Sequence record: DRR723986_34976 | DNA length: 58,220 bases | Reading direction: 5' to 3' (one strand) | In this document: piece after piece, positions 27,798 to 38,864 of the stretch | How the letters are laid out: every line of letters begins with the position of its first letter | How positions within the stretch are numbered: the first letter of the stretch is position 1 | Made by a program: the position numbers and the translations under genes | Notes under the pieces: generated by a model | Databases searched by the model: none | Told to the model about the DNA's origin: nothing | What the model saw: only the letters and a program-made list of their open reading frames with translations

Positions 27798-30053
27798 TTA
27801 ATCTTCCTTATTATCTTCTCTTGGTTTTCTATCGTCTCTGCGATTATCTCTGTTGCGATTATCACGCCCGCGATTATCTCTACCTCTGTTGTCTCTACCA
27901 CGATTATTATCTCTTGGTGGTCTAGGTTTCCAGCCTTCTGGCTTTGGTAAAATAGCTTTACGAGACACTTTTTCTTTGCGTGTTTTTGGATCAATTCCAA
28001 AATACTTAACATCAAAAACGTCTCCCATATTAACAACATCAGATACATTTTCTGTGCGTTCCCAAGCTAATTCACTTACATGTAAAAGTACTTCATTACC
28101 TGGTGCTTCAGTATATTCTACAACAGCACCAAAGTCTAACATTTTAATAACTTTTACTTCGTAAACGCTACCAACTTCTGGTTTAAATAATAAAGAATCT
28201 ATTTTTGCCATAACAGCATCAATTCCTAAACTACCAACACCAAGTACTTCAACAACACCTTCTTCCGTTACAGGGTCTTCATTGATTACTATAGTTGTTT
28301 CAGTTTCTTTTTGTAATTCTTGTATCACTTTTCCACCAGGCCCAATTAAAGCTCCGATGAATTCATTAGGAATACGTCTTGTAACCATTGTAGGAGCGTG
28401 CTCCTTAACTTCAGCATTTGGCTCAGTAATGGTGTCAGTAAGCTTTTCTAAAATATGTAAACGGCCATCACGAGCTTGCTTTAATGCATTTACTAAAATT
28501 TCGTAAGACAATCCTTTTACTTTAATATCCATCTGACAAGCAGTAATTCCATCTGCAGTACCAGTTACTTTAAAGTCCATATCACCTAAATGATCTTCAT
28601 CACCTAAAATATCAGAAAGGACAGCATATTTATCTCCTTCAGAAATTAATCCCATAGCAATACCAGAAACAGGTTTCTTTAACTGTACACCAGCATCCAT
28701 TAATGCCATTGTACCTGAACAAACTGTTGCCATTGATGATGAACCGTTAGATTCTAGTACTTCTGATACAACACGAACAGTATAAGGACAATCTTCTGGA
28801 ACCATACCTTTTAGCGCACGCTGTGCTAGGTTACCATGACCAACTTCTCTACGAGATGTTCCACGGATTGGTCTTGCCTCACCAGTTGAAAAAGGCGGGA
28901 AATTATAGTGTAAATAGAAACGCTCTTCACCTTCGTAAGATGGCATATCTATTTGGTTTGCTTCTCTAGATGTACCTAAGGTAACTGTCGCCAAGGCTTG
29001 AGTTTCACCACGCGTAAATATTGCAGAACCGTGAGTAGATGGTAAATAATCTACCTCACACCATATTGGTCTTATGTCAGTAGTTTGGCGGCCATCTAAA
29101 CGTAAGCCTTCGTTTAAGGTTAAATCTCTAATAGCAGTTTTTTGTGCTTTAGCTACATATTTGTGGATGAGTTTTCCTAAATCTTCTTGCTCTTCTTCAG
29201 AGAATGAGTTAAAAACTTCTTCTTTAATTTCAGAAAAAGCGGCACCTCTTTCATGCTTAGAAGAACCCGCTTTAGCAATAGCATATGTTTTATCATATAC
29301 CATGTCATGGATTTTCGCGGCTAAGTCTTCATCAGATCTTTCAGGATCATATTCACGTACTTCTTTTTTACCAACAGCTTCAGCTAAACGCATTTGTGCA
29401 GCACATTGTACTTTAATAGCTTCGTGTGCAGCTTTAATAGCTTCAGTCATTTCTTCTTCAGAAATTTCATCCATTTCACCTTCTACCATCATCACTGAAT
29501 CAGCAGAAGCACCAATCATCATATCAATGTCAGATTCTAATAATTGCGCTCTGGTTGGATTAATGATAAATTCGCCGTTAATACGACCAACTCTAACCTC
29601 AGAAATAGCACATTCAAATGGGAAATCTGACAGCTGAATAGCAGCAGAAGCAGCTAATCCTGCCATGGCATCTGGCATAACTTCGTCATCATGAGACATT
29701 AATTGTATCATCACCTGAGTTTCAGAATGATAATCTTTTGGAAATAATGGACGTAATACACGATCTACTAAACGCATCGTTAGTACTTCGCCATCACTCG
29801 GTCTTGCTTCTCTTTTAAAGAAACCACCTGGATAACGACCAGCAGCAGCAAACTTTTCTCTGTAATCTACTGTTAAAGGTAAAAAGTCTACATCAGCTTG
29901 ATGATAGTTGGAAACTACTGTACATAATAACATACATTTTCCTGATTGTACGACAACAGAACCATGTGCCTGTTTTGCTAATTTTCCGGTTTCAATAGAG
30001 ATTTCTCTACCGTCACCTAGGTCAATGACCTCTTTGTAAGTCTTTGGAATCAT
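27798..30053 (-). CDS. pnp: Polyribonucleotide nucleotidyltransferase
   Basis: [25 protein letters not shown] and GDMDFKV, plus KH and S1 domains and an RDNRG-repeat tail. Confidence 0.98.
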   Translation of the reverse strand: MIPKTYKEVIDLGDGREISIETGKLAKQAHGSVVVQSGKCMLLCTVVSNYHQADVDFLPLTVDYREKFAAAGRYPGGFFKREARPSDGEVLTMRLVDRVLRPLFPKDYHSETQVMIQLMSHDDEVMPDAMAGLAASAAIQLSDFPFECAISEVRVGRINGEFIINPTRAQLLESDIDMMIGASADSVMMVEGEMDEISEEEMTEAIKAAHEAIKVQCAAQMRLAEAVGKKEVREYDPERSDEDLAAKIHDMVYDKTYAIAKAGSSKHERGAAFSEIKEEVFNSFSEEEQEDLGKLIHKYVAKAQKTAIRDLTLNEGLRLDGRQTTDIRPIWCEVDYLPSTHGSAIFTRGETQALATVTLGTSREANQIDMPSYEGEERFYLHYNFPPFSTGEARPIRGTSRREVGHGNLAQRALKGMVPEDCPYTVRVVSEVLESNGSSSMATVCSGTMALMDAGVQLKKPVSGIAMGLISEGDKYAVLSDILGDEDHLGDMDFKVTGTADGITACQMDIKVKGLSYEILVNALKQARDGRLHILEKLTDTITEPNAEVKEHAPTMVTRRIPNEFIGALIGPGGKVIQELQKETETTIVINEDPVTEEGVVEVLGVGSLGIDAVMAKIDSLLFKPEVGSVYEVKVIKMLDFGAVVEYTEAPGNEVLLHVSELAWERTENVSDVVNMGDVFDVKYFGIDPKTRKEKVSRKAILPKPEGWKPRPPRDNNRGRDNRGRDNRGRDNRNRDNRRDDRKPREDNKED

Positions 30054-30209
30054 AAATTTTTAATTCACGCTTTGACACATAAATATCAAAGTCTTGTTAA
30101 ACAATGGTCGTTGTGTTGTTGTGTAGTAGTTGTTGTGTGACCAATGAAAAACCGTATTAAGCTTCTTCAATTCGAATTTTAGACGCTTTCGATTGCGTTA
30201 TATTAAAAC

Positions 30210-30239
30210 AAAAAAGAGGCTAAAAAGCCTCTTTTTTTT
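30210..30239 (-). terminator. Terminator/attenuator between rpsO and pnp
   Basis: AAAAAAGAGGCT-AAAA-AGCCTCTTTTTT. Confidence 0.8.
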
Positions 30240-30507
30240 ATTTTCTTAATCCTAATTCTTTAACTATTGCACGATATCTTAAAATATCTTTCTTAGTTAA
30301 GTAGTCTAGTAAAGATCTACGCTTACCTACTAACTTTACTAATGAACGCTCTGTGTTAAAATCTTTACGATTTTGTTTTAAGTGCTCTGTTAAGTGATTA
30401 ATTCTGTAAGTGAATAAAGCAATTTGCCCTTCTGCAGAACCAGTGTCTTTTCCACTTTTACCATATTTTTTAAAGATGGCTTCTTTTTCTTTTTGATCTA
30501 AATACAT
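30238..30507 (-). CDS. rpsO: 30S ribosomal protein S15
   Basis: 89 aa from ATG 30507; DTGSAEGQIALFT and LVGKRRSLLDYL. Confidence 0.97.
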   Translation of the reverse strand: MYLDQKEKEAIFKKYGKSGKDTGSAEGQIALFTYRINHLTEHLKQNRKDFNTERSLVKLVGKRRSLLDYLTKKDILRYRAIVKELGLRK

Positions 30508-30570
30508 GCTAATATTATTGTAAATGATTTTTATGTATAATGAAAGTCTTTCTTTCAAGCGGCAAATATA
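30508..30570 (-). promoter_or_regulatory. rpsO promoter and structured leader (candidate S15 r-leader)
   Basis: TATATTTG -7 element (30563-30570) followed by a TGAAAG-N5-CTTTCA hairpin. Confidence 0.55.
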
Positions 30571-30747
30571 GTACTTTTTTGTGATTTTTTATTTTTTTTA
30601 AAAGTTTTGTTAGTTCTGCGGTAGTAGTTTTGTTTCTATAAAGTGATACTTAAATTTCAATACTTCAACTAAAAATTATTGCTTAGGCTTTAAACCTTTT
30701 TGAAATGGGCTAGTCTTAACACTATATTAACTATAAAAAAAGTAATC

Positions 30748-31593
30748 ATGAAGAATTTGAAAGTAATTAAAAGAGGAATGTTAAGCTTAATGGTTTTAGG
30801 TTTAACCTTTACATCTTGTAGTGAGGATAATGATGATTCATCAGATTCTCAGAATCAGATTGAAGATACTTTAGAAGTACAGCGTTCTGCCGAGATTGAT
30901 CAGGTAGATAATATTCTTGGTGACCTAATTATTGATGCGTACGAAGAACAAGAAATGGATGATGACCGAAGTGCTTATGTAGCGTCAATACCAGATTGTG
31001 TTACAATTACGGTTGTGGCTCAACAAGGGTATAGACAAGTGACTTTAGATTTTGGTACTGATGGTTGTTTAGTGCAAGGTCATATTCTAAAAGGACAAAT
31101 TGTTTTCGATTATACCAGAGATCCTGAAGCACAACAAATTAGTATTAATTATAATCTGGTAGATTTTTATTTTGATGCTAAGCAAGTTATTGGGAGCCGT
31201 TCTATTCTAAAGGAATTATCTAATGAAAACGGAAATCCTCAATTTACACATAGCTTAAATGTTACGGTGATTTGGCCAAATGGAGTACAAGCGTCTAGAG
31301 AAGGCACTAGAATAAGAGAATGGGTTGAAGGTTTTGGAAGTGGAGTATTTAGTGATAATGTGTTTGAAATTACAGGAGATTGGACAGCAACTTTTGTCAA
31401 TGGCAATGTGCACACCTATGAAGTTATAGTGCCACTCCGCAGAGAGGTAATCTGTGCTTATTTTGTTAGTGGTTCATTTGATGTGCAACGCACTAATTTT
31501 GGCGGTATTTTTGATTTTGGCGATGGAGCATGTGATAACCAGGCGACGTTTACCTTTAATAACGGTCAAGAAATTGATATCACATTAAACTAA
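30748..31593 (+). CDS. Hypothetical lipoprotein, beta-rich
   Basis: Lipobox LTFTSC followed by an acidic stretch (SEDNDD); conserved-looking Cys motifs (LDFGTDGC, DFGDGACDN). Confidence 0.8.
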   Translation: MKNLKVIKRGMLSLMVLGLTFTSCSEDNDDSSDSQNQIEDTLEVQRSAEIDQVDNILGDLIIDAYEEQEMDDDRSAYVASIPDCVTITVVAQQGYRQVTLDFGTDGCLVQGHILKGQIVFDYTRDPEAQQISINYNLVDFYFDAKQVIGSRSILKELSNENGNPQFTHSLNVTVIWPNGVQASREGTRIREWVEGFGSGVFSDNVFEITGDWTATFVNGNVHTYEVIVPLRREVICAYFVSGSFDVQRTNFGGIFDFGDGACDNQATFTFNNGQEIDITLN

Positions 31594-31612
31594 TTTGAGT
31601 TAGGTTGATTGG

Positions 31613-31645
31613 AAAAAAAAGCGAGCTATTTAGCTCGCTTTTTTT
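31613..31645. terminator. Bidirectional terminator
   Basis: A8-GCGAGCTA-TT-TAGCTCGC-T-tract. Confidence 0.85.
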
Positions 31646-32504
31646 ATGCTCTTAAAGGTTGATTTTTAATTAAATCTATATATAAGTTAATCTTATTTTT
31701 TAAGTCTTTTCTGTGACTTATAAAATCTAAAAAGCCGTGTTCTAATAAAAATTCTGAAGTTTGGAACCCTTCTGGTAATTCCTGCCCTGTCGTATCTCTT
31801 ACAACTCTTGGTCCGGCAAAACCTATTAGAGCGCCAGGTTCTGCTATATTAATATCACCTAACATTGCAAAAGAAGCTGTTGTTCCACCTGTAGTAGGGT
31901 CTGTACATAATGATATATACGGTATACCAGCATCTGCTAATTGCGCTAGTTTTGCTGAGGTTTTTGCTAATTGCATTAACGATAATGCAGCCTCCATCAT
32001 TCGCGCTCCACCAGATTTACTAATTATCATAAATGGTGTTTTCTTTTTTAAAGCATAGTCGGCAGCACGTGCAATTTTTTCACCAACAACACTTCCCATG
32101 GAACCGCCAATAAAGGTGAAATCCATACAAGCTATCACTAAATCTTTCCCTTTTGATTTGCCCACAGCCGTTCTCACAGCATCCTTTAAATCCGTTTTGG
32201 CTTGAGCTGCTTTTAAACGGTCAGGGTATTTTTTAGTGTCGACGAATTTTAATGGATCTTTCGAAGATAGATTGGCGTCTAATTCTTTAAATTTATTATC
32301 GTCAAATAAGATTTCAAAATATTCCTTACTACCTATTCTTACATGATAACCATCCTCTGGACTCACATAATAATTTTGTTCAAGTTCTTTAGTATCTATA
32401 ATTTTTCCGGTCGGTGATTTATACCAAAGACCTTTAGGTGTGTCTTTCTTTTCTTCTGTTGAAGTTTGAATTCCTTTATCTTTTCTTTTGAACCAAGCTG
32501 TCAT
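31644..32504 (-). CDS. accD: Acetyl-CoA carboxylase carboxyltransferase beta subunit
   Basis: Motifs [33 protein letters not shown] and GFAGPRV. Confidence 0.96.
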   Translation of the reverse strand: MTAWFKRKDKGIQTSTEEKKDTPKGLWYKSPTGKIIDTKELEQNYYVSPEDGYHVRIGSKEYFEILFDDNKFKELDANLSSKDPLKFVDTKKYPDRLKAAQAKTDLKDAVRTAVGKSKGKDLVIACMDFTFIGGSMGSVVGEKIARAADYALKKKTPFMIISKSGGARMMEAALSLMQLAKTSAKLAQLADAGIPYISLCTDPTTGGTTASFAMLGDINIAEPGALIGFAGPRVVRDTTGQELPEGFQTSEFLLEHGFLDFISHRKDLKNKINLYIDLIKNQPLRA

Positions 32505-32711
32505 ATAAATTACAATATTTTGGATTCTCGATTAATACTTCTTAATCGCTGTTTTAGTTAGTTATTATGCAAATGTAAAGCATATAAAATTACTACATTC
32601 TATCTTAACTCAAAAATCAATTTTTTGACCCATAGAATACGTTTAAAAAGAAAACCCATTAATACAAAATAATGAATTAATGGGTTGATTTTTAATGAAG
32701 TAGATAATACA

Positions 32712-33779
32712 CTATAAAGTGTCTACATTATTTAAATCTTCAAAAGCTTTTTTAAGTCTTTCTACAAATGCTTGCTCACCTTTACGCAACCAGACTCTAG
32801 GATCGTAGTATTTTTTGTTTGGTAAATCACCACCATCAGGATTACCTATTTGAGTTTGTAAGTAGTCTTTATTGTCTTGTACATAATCTCTAACTCCACT
32901 TAAAAATGCCCATTGCATATCTGTATCAATGTTCATTTTTATGACTCCATAACCTATGGCTTCTCTAATTTCTTCTAAGGTAGAACCAGACCCACCATGG
33001 AATACAAAATCAATATGGTTATGTTCTACATTGTATTTTTCTGAAACGTATTCTTGAGAATTCTTTAAAATCTTTGGAGTCAACTTTACATTTCCTGGTT
33101 TGTAAACACCATGCACATTTCCAAAGGCAGCAGCAACAGTAAATTGATCACTTACTTTGCTTAACTCTTCATAAGCATAGGCTACTTCTTCTGGCTGTGT
33201 ATATAATTTAGACTCATCTACATCACTATTATCTACACCGTCTTCTTCACCACCAGTAATACCTAACTCAATCTCTAAAGTCATACCCATTTTACTCATT
33301 CGTTCTAAATAAGTCTTACAGATTTCAATATTTTCTTCAATTGGTTCTTCAGACAAATCTATCATGTGAGAGCTGTATAGAGGTTTTCCTGTTTCTTTGA
33401 AATGTGCCTCACTCGCATCTAGTAAACCATCTATCCAAGGTAGTAGTTTTTTTGCACAATGATCTGTATGCAATATTACAGGTACTCCATAGGCTTCAGC
33501 CATTAAATGTACATGCTTGGCTCCTGCAATAGAACCAGCAATTGCAGCTTTTTGGTTTTCATTACTCAGTCCTTTTCCTGCATTAAATTGAGCGCCACCA
33601 TTTGAAAATTGAATAATTACTGGTGCATTTAATACTTTAGCAGTTTCTAAAACACCATTTATGGTATTTGAACCAATAACATTAACTGCTGGTAAAGCAA
33701 ATCCTTTTTCTTTGGCTAATTTGAAAATTTCTTGAACTTCTCTTCCTGTTGCAACGCCAGGTTTGATATTGTGACTCAT
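32712..33779 (-). CDS. fbaA: Class II fructose-bisphosphate aldolase
   Basis: Motifs HTDHCAKKLLPWIDG, TGGEEDGVDN, FGNVHGVYKPGNV and FHGGSG. Confidence 0.97.
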   Translation of the reverse strand: MSHNIKPGVATGREVQEIFKLAKEKGFALPAVNVIGSNTINGVLETAKVLNAPVIIQFSNGGAQFNAGKGLSNENQKAAIAGSIAGAKHVHLMAEAYGVPVILHTDHCAKKLLPWIDGLLDASEAHFKETGKPLYSSHMIDLSEEPIEENIEICKTYLERMSKMGMTLEIELGITGGEEDGVDNSDVDESKLYTQPEEVAYAYEELSKVSDQFTVAAAFGNVHGVYKPGNVKLTPKILKNSQEYVSEKYNVEHNHIDFVFHGGSGSTLEEIREAIGYGVIKMNIDTDMQWAFLSGVRDYVQDNKDYLQTQIGNPDGGDLPNKKYYDPRVWLRKGEQAFVERLKKAFEDLNNVDTL

Positions 33780-33890
33780 CTTTATTTTGTTGAATAATTA
33801 GACGTCAAAAATACGGAAAATTTGAGTAATTTTTTAACGATAAACCGCAATAAATATCGAAAACGATATAGTAGAAATCGGTTAATTTAA

Positions 33891-36464
33891 TTAGAAAGGA
33901 TAGTTAATACCTATGTTGTAAACCGCATTTCTAAAGTTATAATTTCTAAACCATCTGTTGCCAATACTTTGCGACGGATCGTAAGTTTTGAAACCAACAT
34001 CGAAGCGTAAAACAAAAAAGTCGAAATCATAACGCAATCCAAATCCTGAACCAATGGCTATATCTTTTAGGGAATCAAAACTATTAAGCGTGGCGGCTTC
34101 CTCTTCTACATTATCGAGTACATTCCAAATATTACCAGCATCAATAAAAAGTGCTCCTCTTAGATCACCAAATAGACTAAAACGTTGTTCAGCACTTAGA
34201 TGTAATTTAAAATTAGCTTCGTTAAACTCATTGGTCGTTTTAGAACTTCCTGGTCCTAAATTATAGGCAGTCCACGCTCTATTATCGTTTGGGCCACCAG
34301 CAAAAAAACTTTCTGCGAATGGTATACTGTTAGAATTTCCATAAGGAATAGCAATTCCCGCATAACTTCGAAAAGCAAAAACATTATTTCTTCCTAAATC
34401 GAAATACTTTATATAGTCAACTTCAGTTTTAAAATATTGCGAAAATGTAACTCCGAATACTTCATAATCTCCATCACTATTTTTGGTTGCACCGAATACT
34501 TCAGATAGATTAGATAATAAATTTCCTGCTAATTCAATTCTCCATTTAAATATTGAAAAATCATTATCGAAGATGTTTGTACGTTTATCTTTCTTATAAT
34601 CAAAACTGGTCGAGAAAATAAGGTTATTCTCAGTCAATCGCTCTTTTCGTTCGTCTATATTATTTACTGTCACGAAATCATCGTCATTAGAGGTTAAACT
34701 GGTGTTGCCGTTTACTACATCATCAATAAATTGATTGGCTTGATTAGGTATATTTAAGTTATCATCGGTAGAAATATAGCCTATGTTTTGGGCAATACTA
34801 TTTAACCTCCTAAATGAGTTTGTATATACACCAAAGTAATTGTCTGTATTCAGATTTTTTACAAATTGAACATTAAATAACTCTAATGTATTTGTCACTG
34901 TATTAGAGGGTGACCAGTTATAGCTCAACAAGCCAGATAAGGTTTGTTTGTCTAATCCTATATTTTGTTGACTAGTTACAGAAAGATTAATGGCAGTACT
35001 TGGTGCCATATATTTTGGAATTATACTATCTGTATTAAAAGGTGTAAATAATCGTGGTATAATTAGTCTTATGTTACCACCAAACTCATTAATATCAAAA
35101 AAGGTGTTCTCAGATTCAGCTCCGTCTTTGGATGCGCCAATCGCAGCTACACCACTAAGTTCTAAAGTCTCCGCACCTCTAAAAACGTTTCTTATTTTAA
35201 GTCCGGGAGTTACTGAAAACCCAATGGTTTGAATGTTACTCTGAGACACATCCAAATCAAAACTCAATTGGTATTTTTTTCGAGGTTCTAGATAAATGTT
35301 AGCTGTTAAGGTAGAGTCTTGCTCGTTAGGTACATAATCTATACTTGGATATCTAAACATTTGTAAATCATTTAAATATCGCGATGTACGACTACGCGCT
35401 AAATCACTGTAAGTATCTCCTTTATTTATAAAAACAGCATCAGTTAGTGCGTTTGGTCTAAATTTTAGTTTGTTTTTACTGTAGAGATTGTAATTTTTAA
35501 AAATGGTGGTATCTGAGATAGCTTTAAAACGATTCTCAAAGTTATCATCCGTAAAAATATTAACCTCTTTAATGGTATAAACTTTAAACGGTTCTGTGGT
35601 TAGTGAGTCATCTCCTCTAATAACACGATCAGAAATAATAAGTTCTGTATTAATTTTACGATTTACACCTATTGTGTCTATATTAAATCTTACATAATCT
35701 TGTCCAAAATAATAAAAGCCCGAATTTCTCAAATATGAATTTATACGTTCGCGTTCATTTTCATAATTCTGAGAGTCATATTGTTCGCCTTTTTTTAAAA
35801 ATGAGCCTTTTTTAAGTTTTGGATAGAGTACTTCTATAGCAGGTGTGCTAATAATTGGTTTTATGGAATCTAATATATAGGGTTCTTTTTTAGTGACCTT
35901 ATATATAACTTGAGCCCTTTTATTGCTATCTCTTTCGATTTCATAATCAACAACATTATCAAACCAACCTTTACTGTAATAGTACTTTCTAAGATTATTT
36001 ACTGTTTTTATGGTTTTTTCTTCGTCTAGAATAGATGGCGCTTCACCAGTTCGTTTTAACCATGCATTAAAATTTCGTTTAGATTCTATGAATTTGTCAA
36101 ACTGTTTTTTAGATAATAAAGCTGTTTTTCGTTTTACTTTTGAGCTATCACTAAGAATGTTAGCTACAATAATAGAATCTATGTTTGGTCTGGCTAAATT
36201 ATAGACATGCAGACGCAATGGGAAATTTAAAAAGCCATCCATCCCAAGATTAGTCCTTTGAATGATAATATTGGTTATACGCTCGTTTTGATTGACTTTG
36301 TCATCAACTAAAATGGTATTCTTAGTTATGAGGTGCTCTCCTGTTTTAACCCTTTTTACCACATTACATGAGCTAAAGGCCCAAAAAATGCTTAATAAAA
36401 TCATCCACTTACAAATTGATTTGAAGGATAGTTTTGATATTGAAAAGCATAAGTGCAAACTCAA
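33891..36464 (-). CDS. Omp85 family lipoprotein (TamL/BamA-like)
   Basis: Lipobox FSSC, POTRA-like region, FFAGGPNDNRAW, FIDAGNIW, GFGLRYD and a terminal INYPF. Confidence 0.88.
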   Translation of the reverse strand: MSLHLCFSISKLSFKSICKWMILLSIFWAFSSCNVVKRVKTGEHLITKNTILVDDKVNQNERITNIIIQRTNLGMDGFLNFPLRLHVYNLARPNIDSIIVANILSDSSKVKRKTALLSKKQFDKFIESKRNFNAWLKRTGEAPSILDEEKTIKTVNNLRKYYYSKGWFDNVVDYEIERDSNKRAQVIYKVTKKEPYILDSIKPIISTPAIEVLYPKLKKGSFLKKGEQYDSQNYENERERINSYLRNSGFYYFGQDYVRFNIDTIGVNRKINTELIISDRVIRGDDSLTTEPFKVYTIKEVNIFTDDNFENRFKAISDTTIFKNYNLYSKNKLKFRPNALTDAVFINKGDTYSDLARSRTSRYLNDLQMFRYPSIDYVPNEQDSTLTANIYLEPRKKYQLSFDLDVSQSNIQTIGFSVTPGLKIRNVFRGAETLELSGVAAIGASKDGAESENTFFDINEFGGNIRLIIPRLFTPFNTDSIIPKYMAPSTAINLSVTSQQNIGLDKQTLSGLLSYNWSPSNTVTNTLELFNVQFVKNLNTDNYFGVYTNSFRRLNSIAQNIGYISTDDNLNIPNQANQFIDDVVNGNTSLTSNDDDFVTVNNIDERKERLTENNLIFSTSFDYKKDKRTNIFDNDFSIFKWRIELAGNLLSNLSEVFGATKNSDGDYEVFGVTFSQYFKTEVDYIKYFDLGRNNVFAFRSYAGIAIPYGNSNSIPFAESFFAGGPNDNRAWTAYNLGPGSSKTTNEFNEANFKLHLSAEQRFSLFGDLRGALFIDAGNIWNVLDNVEEEAATLNSFDSLKDIAIGSGFGLRYDFDFFVLRFDVGFKTYDPSQSIGNRWFRNYNFRNAVYNIGINYPF

Positions 36465-36561
36465 AAGTCGTGGCGTTTTTTTGATATTGATTATTAGTTA
36501 CAAAAATTAGTCCAAAAAAGGTTTACTTTGTAATAACACTAACAAATGTAAATACATTTTA

Positions 36562-37296
36562 ATGGTTACAAAGCATCAAATAAAGTTAATTAATAGTTTA
36601 GCACAAAAAAAATTTAGACAACAGTATAATTTGTTTGTGGTTGAAGGAATTAAAGGTATTAATGAATTCTTGAACTCAAGTTTTGAAACCTATGCTTTGT
36701 TTACAACCCAATTGATATTCGATAGCCCAAAGGAAAAGACATTTGAAATTACAGAAAAGGAACTCAAAAAAATATCGTCTCTAAAGAGTCCTAATGTCGC
36801 CTTAGCAATATTTAAAATCCCTAAACCATCTAAGCCAAATCGTACTGGTCTAGTAATAGCATTAGACGATGTAAGAGATCCTGGTAATTTGGGTACAATT
36901 ATAAGACTTTGTGATTGGTATGGTGTATCTGATTTAATTTGTAGTTCTACTACAGTAGATTGTTATAACCCAAAGGTTGTGCAGGCTACCATGGGCTCAT
37001 TAACTCGTGTTAATATTAGTTACTTAGATTTAGTAGAGTATTTAAAAAATAGTAAGACTGAAGTGTTTGGAACTTTTATGGAAGGTGATAATATTTACAC
37101 ACAAACCTTACCAGAAAATGGAGTCGTAGTTTTAGGCAATGAAGCCAATGGAATCTCAGAAAAAATCAGCTCAATTGTAAACCGAAAAATTTCAATTCCT
37201 CGATTTGGAACTCATAAATCCACAGAAAGTCTAAATGTGGCAAACGCAACAGCAATCGTACTTAGTGAATTTAGACGGAGATCTATTGAAATGTGA
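36562..37296 (+). CDS. TrmH/SpoU family RNA methyltransferase
   Basis: Motifs RDPGNLGTIIR, LGNEANGIS and ESLNVA. Confidence 0.93.
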   Translation: MVTKHQIKLINSLAQKKFRQQYNLFVVEGIKGINEFLNSSFETYALFTTQLIFDSPKEKTFEITEKELKKISSLKSPNVALAIFKIPKPSKPNRTGLVIALDDVRDPGNLGTIIRLCDWYGVSDLICSSTTVDCYNPKVVQATMGSLTRVNISYLDLVEYLKNSKTEVFGTFMEGDNIYTQTLPENGVVVLGNEANGISEKISSIVNRKISIPRFGTHKSTESLNVANATAIVLSEFRRRSIEM

Positions 37297-37999
37297 AGTT
37301 TATGAATATTCCTCTGGTTTGCATTTTAGCTACATTACCAGTCCATGGGCTGTTTGGGTCTTCATCTCTTACAATCTCATCATTCATGGCAAAGACACCT
37401 CTTATTGATGGAGTGAATTTAAAATATAGTAAGTAGAAATCTATACCAAAACCTATTTCGTAGAAATAGGTGTTTTTTGTCATTCTAAACTGACCTGCCG
37501 TATTATCGTCTGGATTATCTTCATTACTTGATAAGTTAAGTGCCATGGAAACTCCACCAACGATAAATGGCTTAAAATTGTTAATTCGTTTTGTAGATGC
37601 TTTTAATAATAGAGGTACATGAACGTACGTAGATTTTACCTCTCTGAGTAAATCAGCGTCATTAAATTCCATTCCTGCAAAGTAGCTTTCATCATATTGT
37701 AAGTTTCGGGTTGTAAAAAATACACCTGGTTCTAAACGTAAATTTAAATAATCATTGATACGCATGTCACCTATTAAACCTAGATGAAATCCAAAGGTAT
37801 TATCTACTAATATGTCTTTTAAATCTTCTTCATAATCAAATTTAAAATCATACTGATTAAAACCTATAAAATAACCCCAAGACAAGAATTTTTTATCAAT
37901 ATTGTCCACGTTATTAGCTACCTTTTCTTTTGTAAATAGCTGTGCAGAAACTGTATTTAATGAAAATAATAGTGTAAAAATGGTTACTAACTGCTTCAT
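37283..37999 (-). CDS. porT: Type IX secretion/gliding protein PorT/SprT
   Basis: Signal peptide, WGYFIGFNQYDFK, LRLEPG, KFTPSIRG and an aromatic C-terminus; adjacent to ubiE/menG. Confidence 0.85.
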   Translation of the reverse strand: MKQLVTIFTLLFSLNTVSAQLFTKEKVANNVDNIDKKFLSWGYFIGFNQYDFKFDYEEDLKDILVDNTFGFHLGLIGDMRINDYLNLRLEPGVFFTTRNLQYDESYFAGMEFNDADLLREVKSTYVHVPLLLKASTKRINNFKPFIVGGVSMALNLSSNEDNPDDNTAGQFRMTKNTYFYEIGFGIDFYLLYFKFTPSIRGVFAMNDEIVRDEDPNSPWTGNVAKMQTRGIFINFTFQ

Positions 38000-38000
38000 A

Positions 38001-38732
38001 TTATGATTTAGATGCTGAATAAATTGTAGCTACACCCATTGTTTGTGGATTGTCTACGACATTAATAAACCCAGTTTTTCTTAAAATATTGTTTAAAGCT
38101 TCTCCATAAGGAAAAACAGAAGCTGAATCACTCAAATATTTGTACGCTACTCTATCCTTAGAGAAAATCTTTCCAATTGTCGGTAAAATAAACTTAGAAT
38201 AAGTATTATATCCAAATTTATAAATTGGATTTGTTGGCACTGAAGTCTCGAGAATAACAAAAATGCCACCTGGTTTTAAGACACGAAGAATTTCTGCTAA
38301 GCCTTTTCCCAAATTTTCAAAATTTCTAACACCAAAGGCTACTGTTACAGCATCGAAAGTATCATTCTCAAAAGGTAAATCTTCAGAATCGCCAATGACC
38401 ATAGAGATAATTCCGTCTAGTTGTTTCGCAGAAATTTTCTTTCTACCCACTTCTAGCATACCATCACTTATATCTAACCCTATAATTTCTTTAGCATTAG
38501 TTTTGGTGAGACTAATTGCTAAATCACCTGTTCCTGTTGCTATATCCAGGATGTTTTCAGGATTAACTTTTTCAACCATATCAACAACCTTATTACGCCA
38601 TTTAACATCAATTCCAAAAGAAATAACACGGTTTAAGTCGTCATATTCTCCAGAAATGGTATCAAACATTTGGGTAACCTGAGCCTTTTTTGAAGCTTCA
38701 CTATCTTTATATGGTTTTACTTTTTCGGCCAT
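38001..38732 (-). CDS. menG: Demethylmenaquinone methyltransferase (UbiE/MenG)
   Basis: Motifs [26 protein letters not shown] and RVLKPGG. Confidence 0.93.
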   Translation of the reverse strand: MAEKVKPYKDSEASKKAQVTQMFDTISGEYDDLNRVISFGIDVKWRNKVVDMVEKVNPENILDIATGTGDLAISLTKTNAKEIIGLDISDGMLEVGRKKISAKQLDGIISMVIGDSEDLPFENDTFDAVTVAFGVRNFENLGKGLAEILRVLKPGGIFVILETSVPTNPIYKFGYNTYSKFILPTIGKIFSKDRVAYKYLSDSASVFPYGEALNNILRKTGFINVVDNPQTMGVATIYSASKS

Positions 38733-38830
38733 TTAAAATTTTTGGCAAATATAAGGCTTTATGAGGGTTCATAATAGCCAATTAGTACAATTATATCGAA
38801 TTCAAAATAAAATTAAGCTATAATTATATG

Positions 38831-38838
38831 TATATTTG
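38831..38838 (+). promoter_or_regulatory. -7 element for trkA (divergent menG element TATATTTG at 38746-38753, minus strand)
   Basis: TATATTTG matches TAnnTTTG. Confidence 0.65.
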
Positions 38839-38864
38839 TCTTCTTATTTTGAACTTATTTTAAA

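Noticed and set aside
27683..28048. N-terminal half of the 246-aa ORF 27308..28048
   Set aside because: It overlaps the pnp 3' end and crosses its terminator; the real start is likely ATG 27682.
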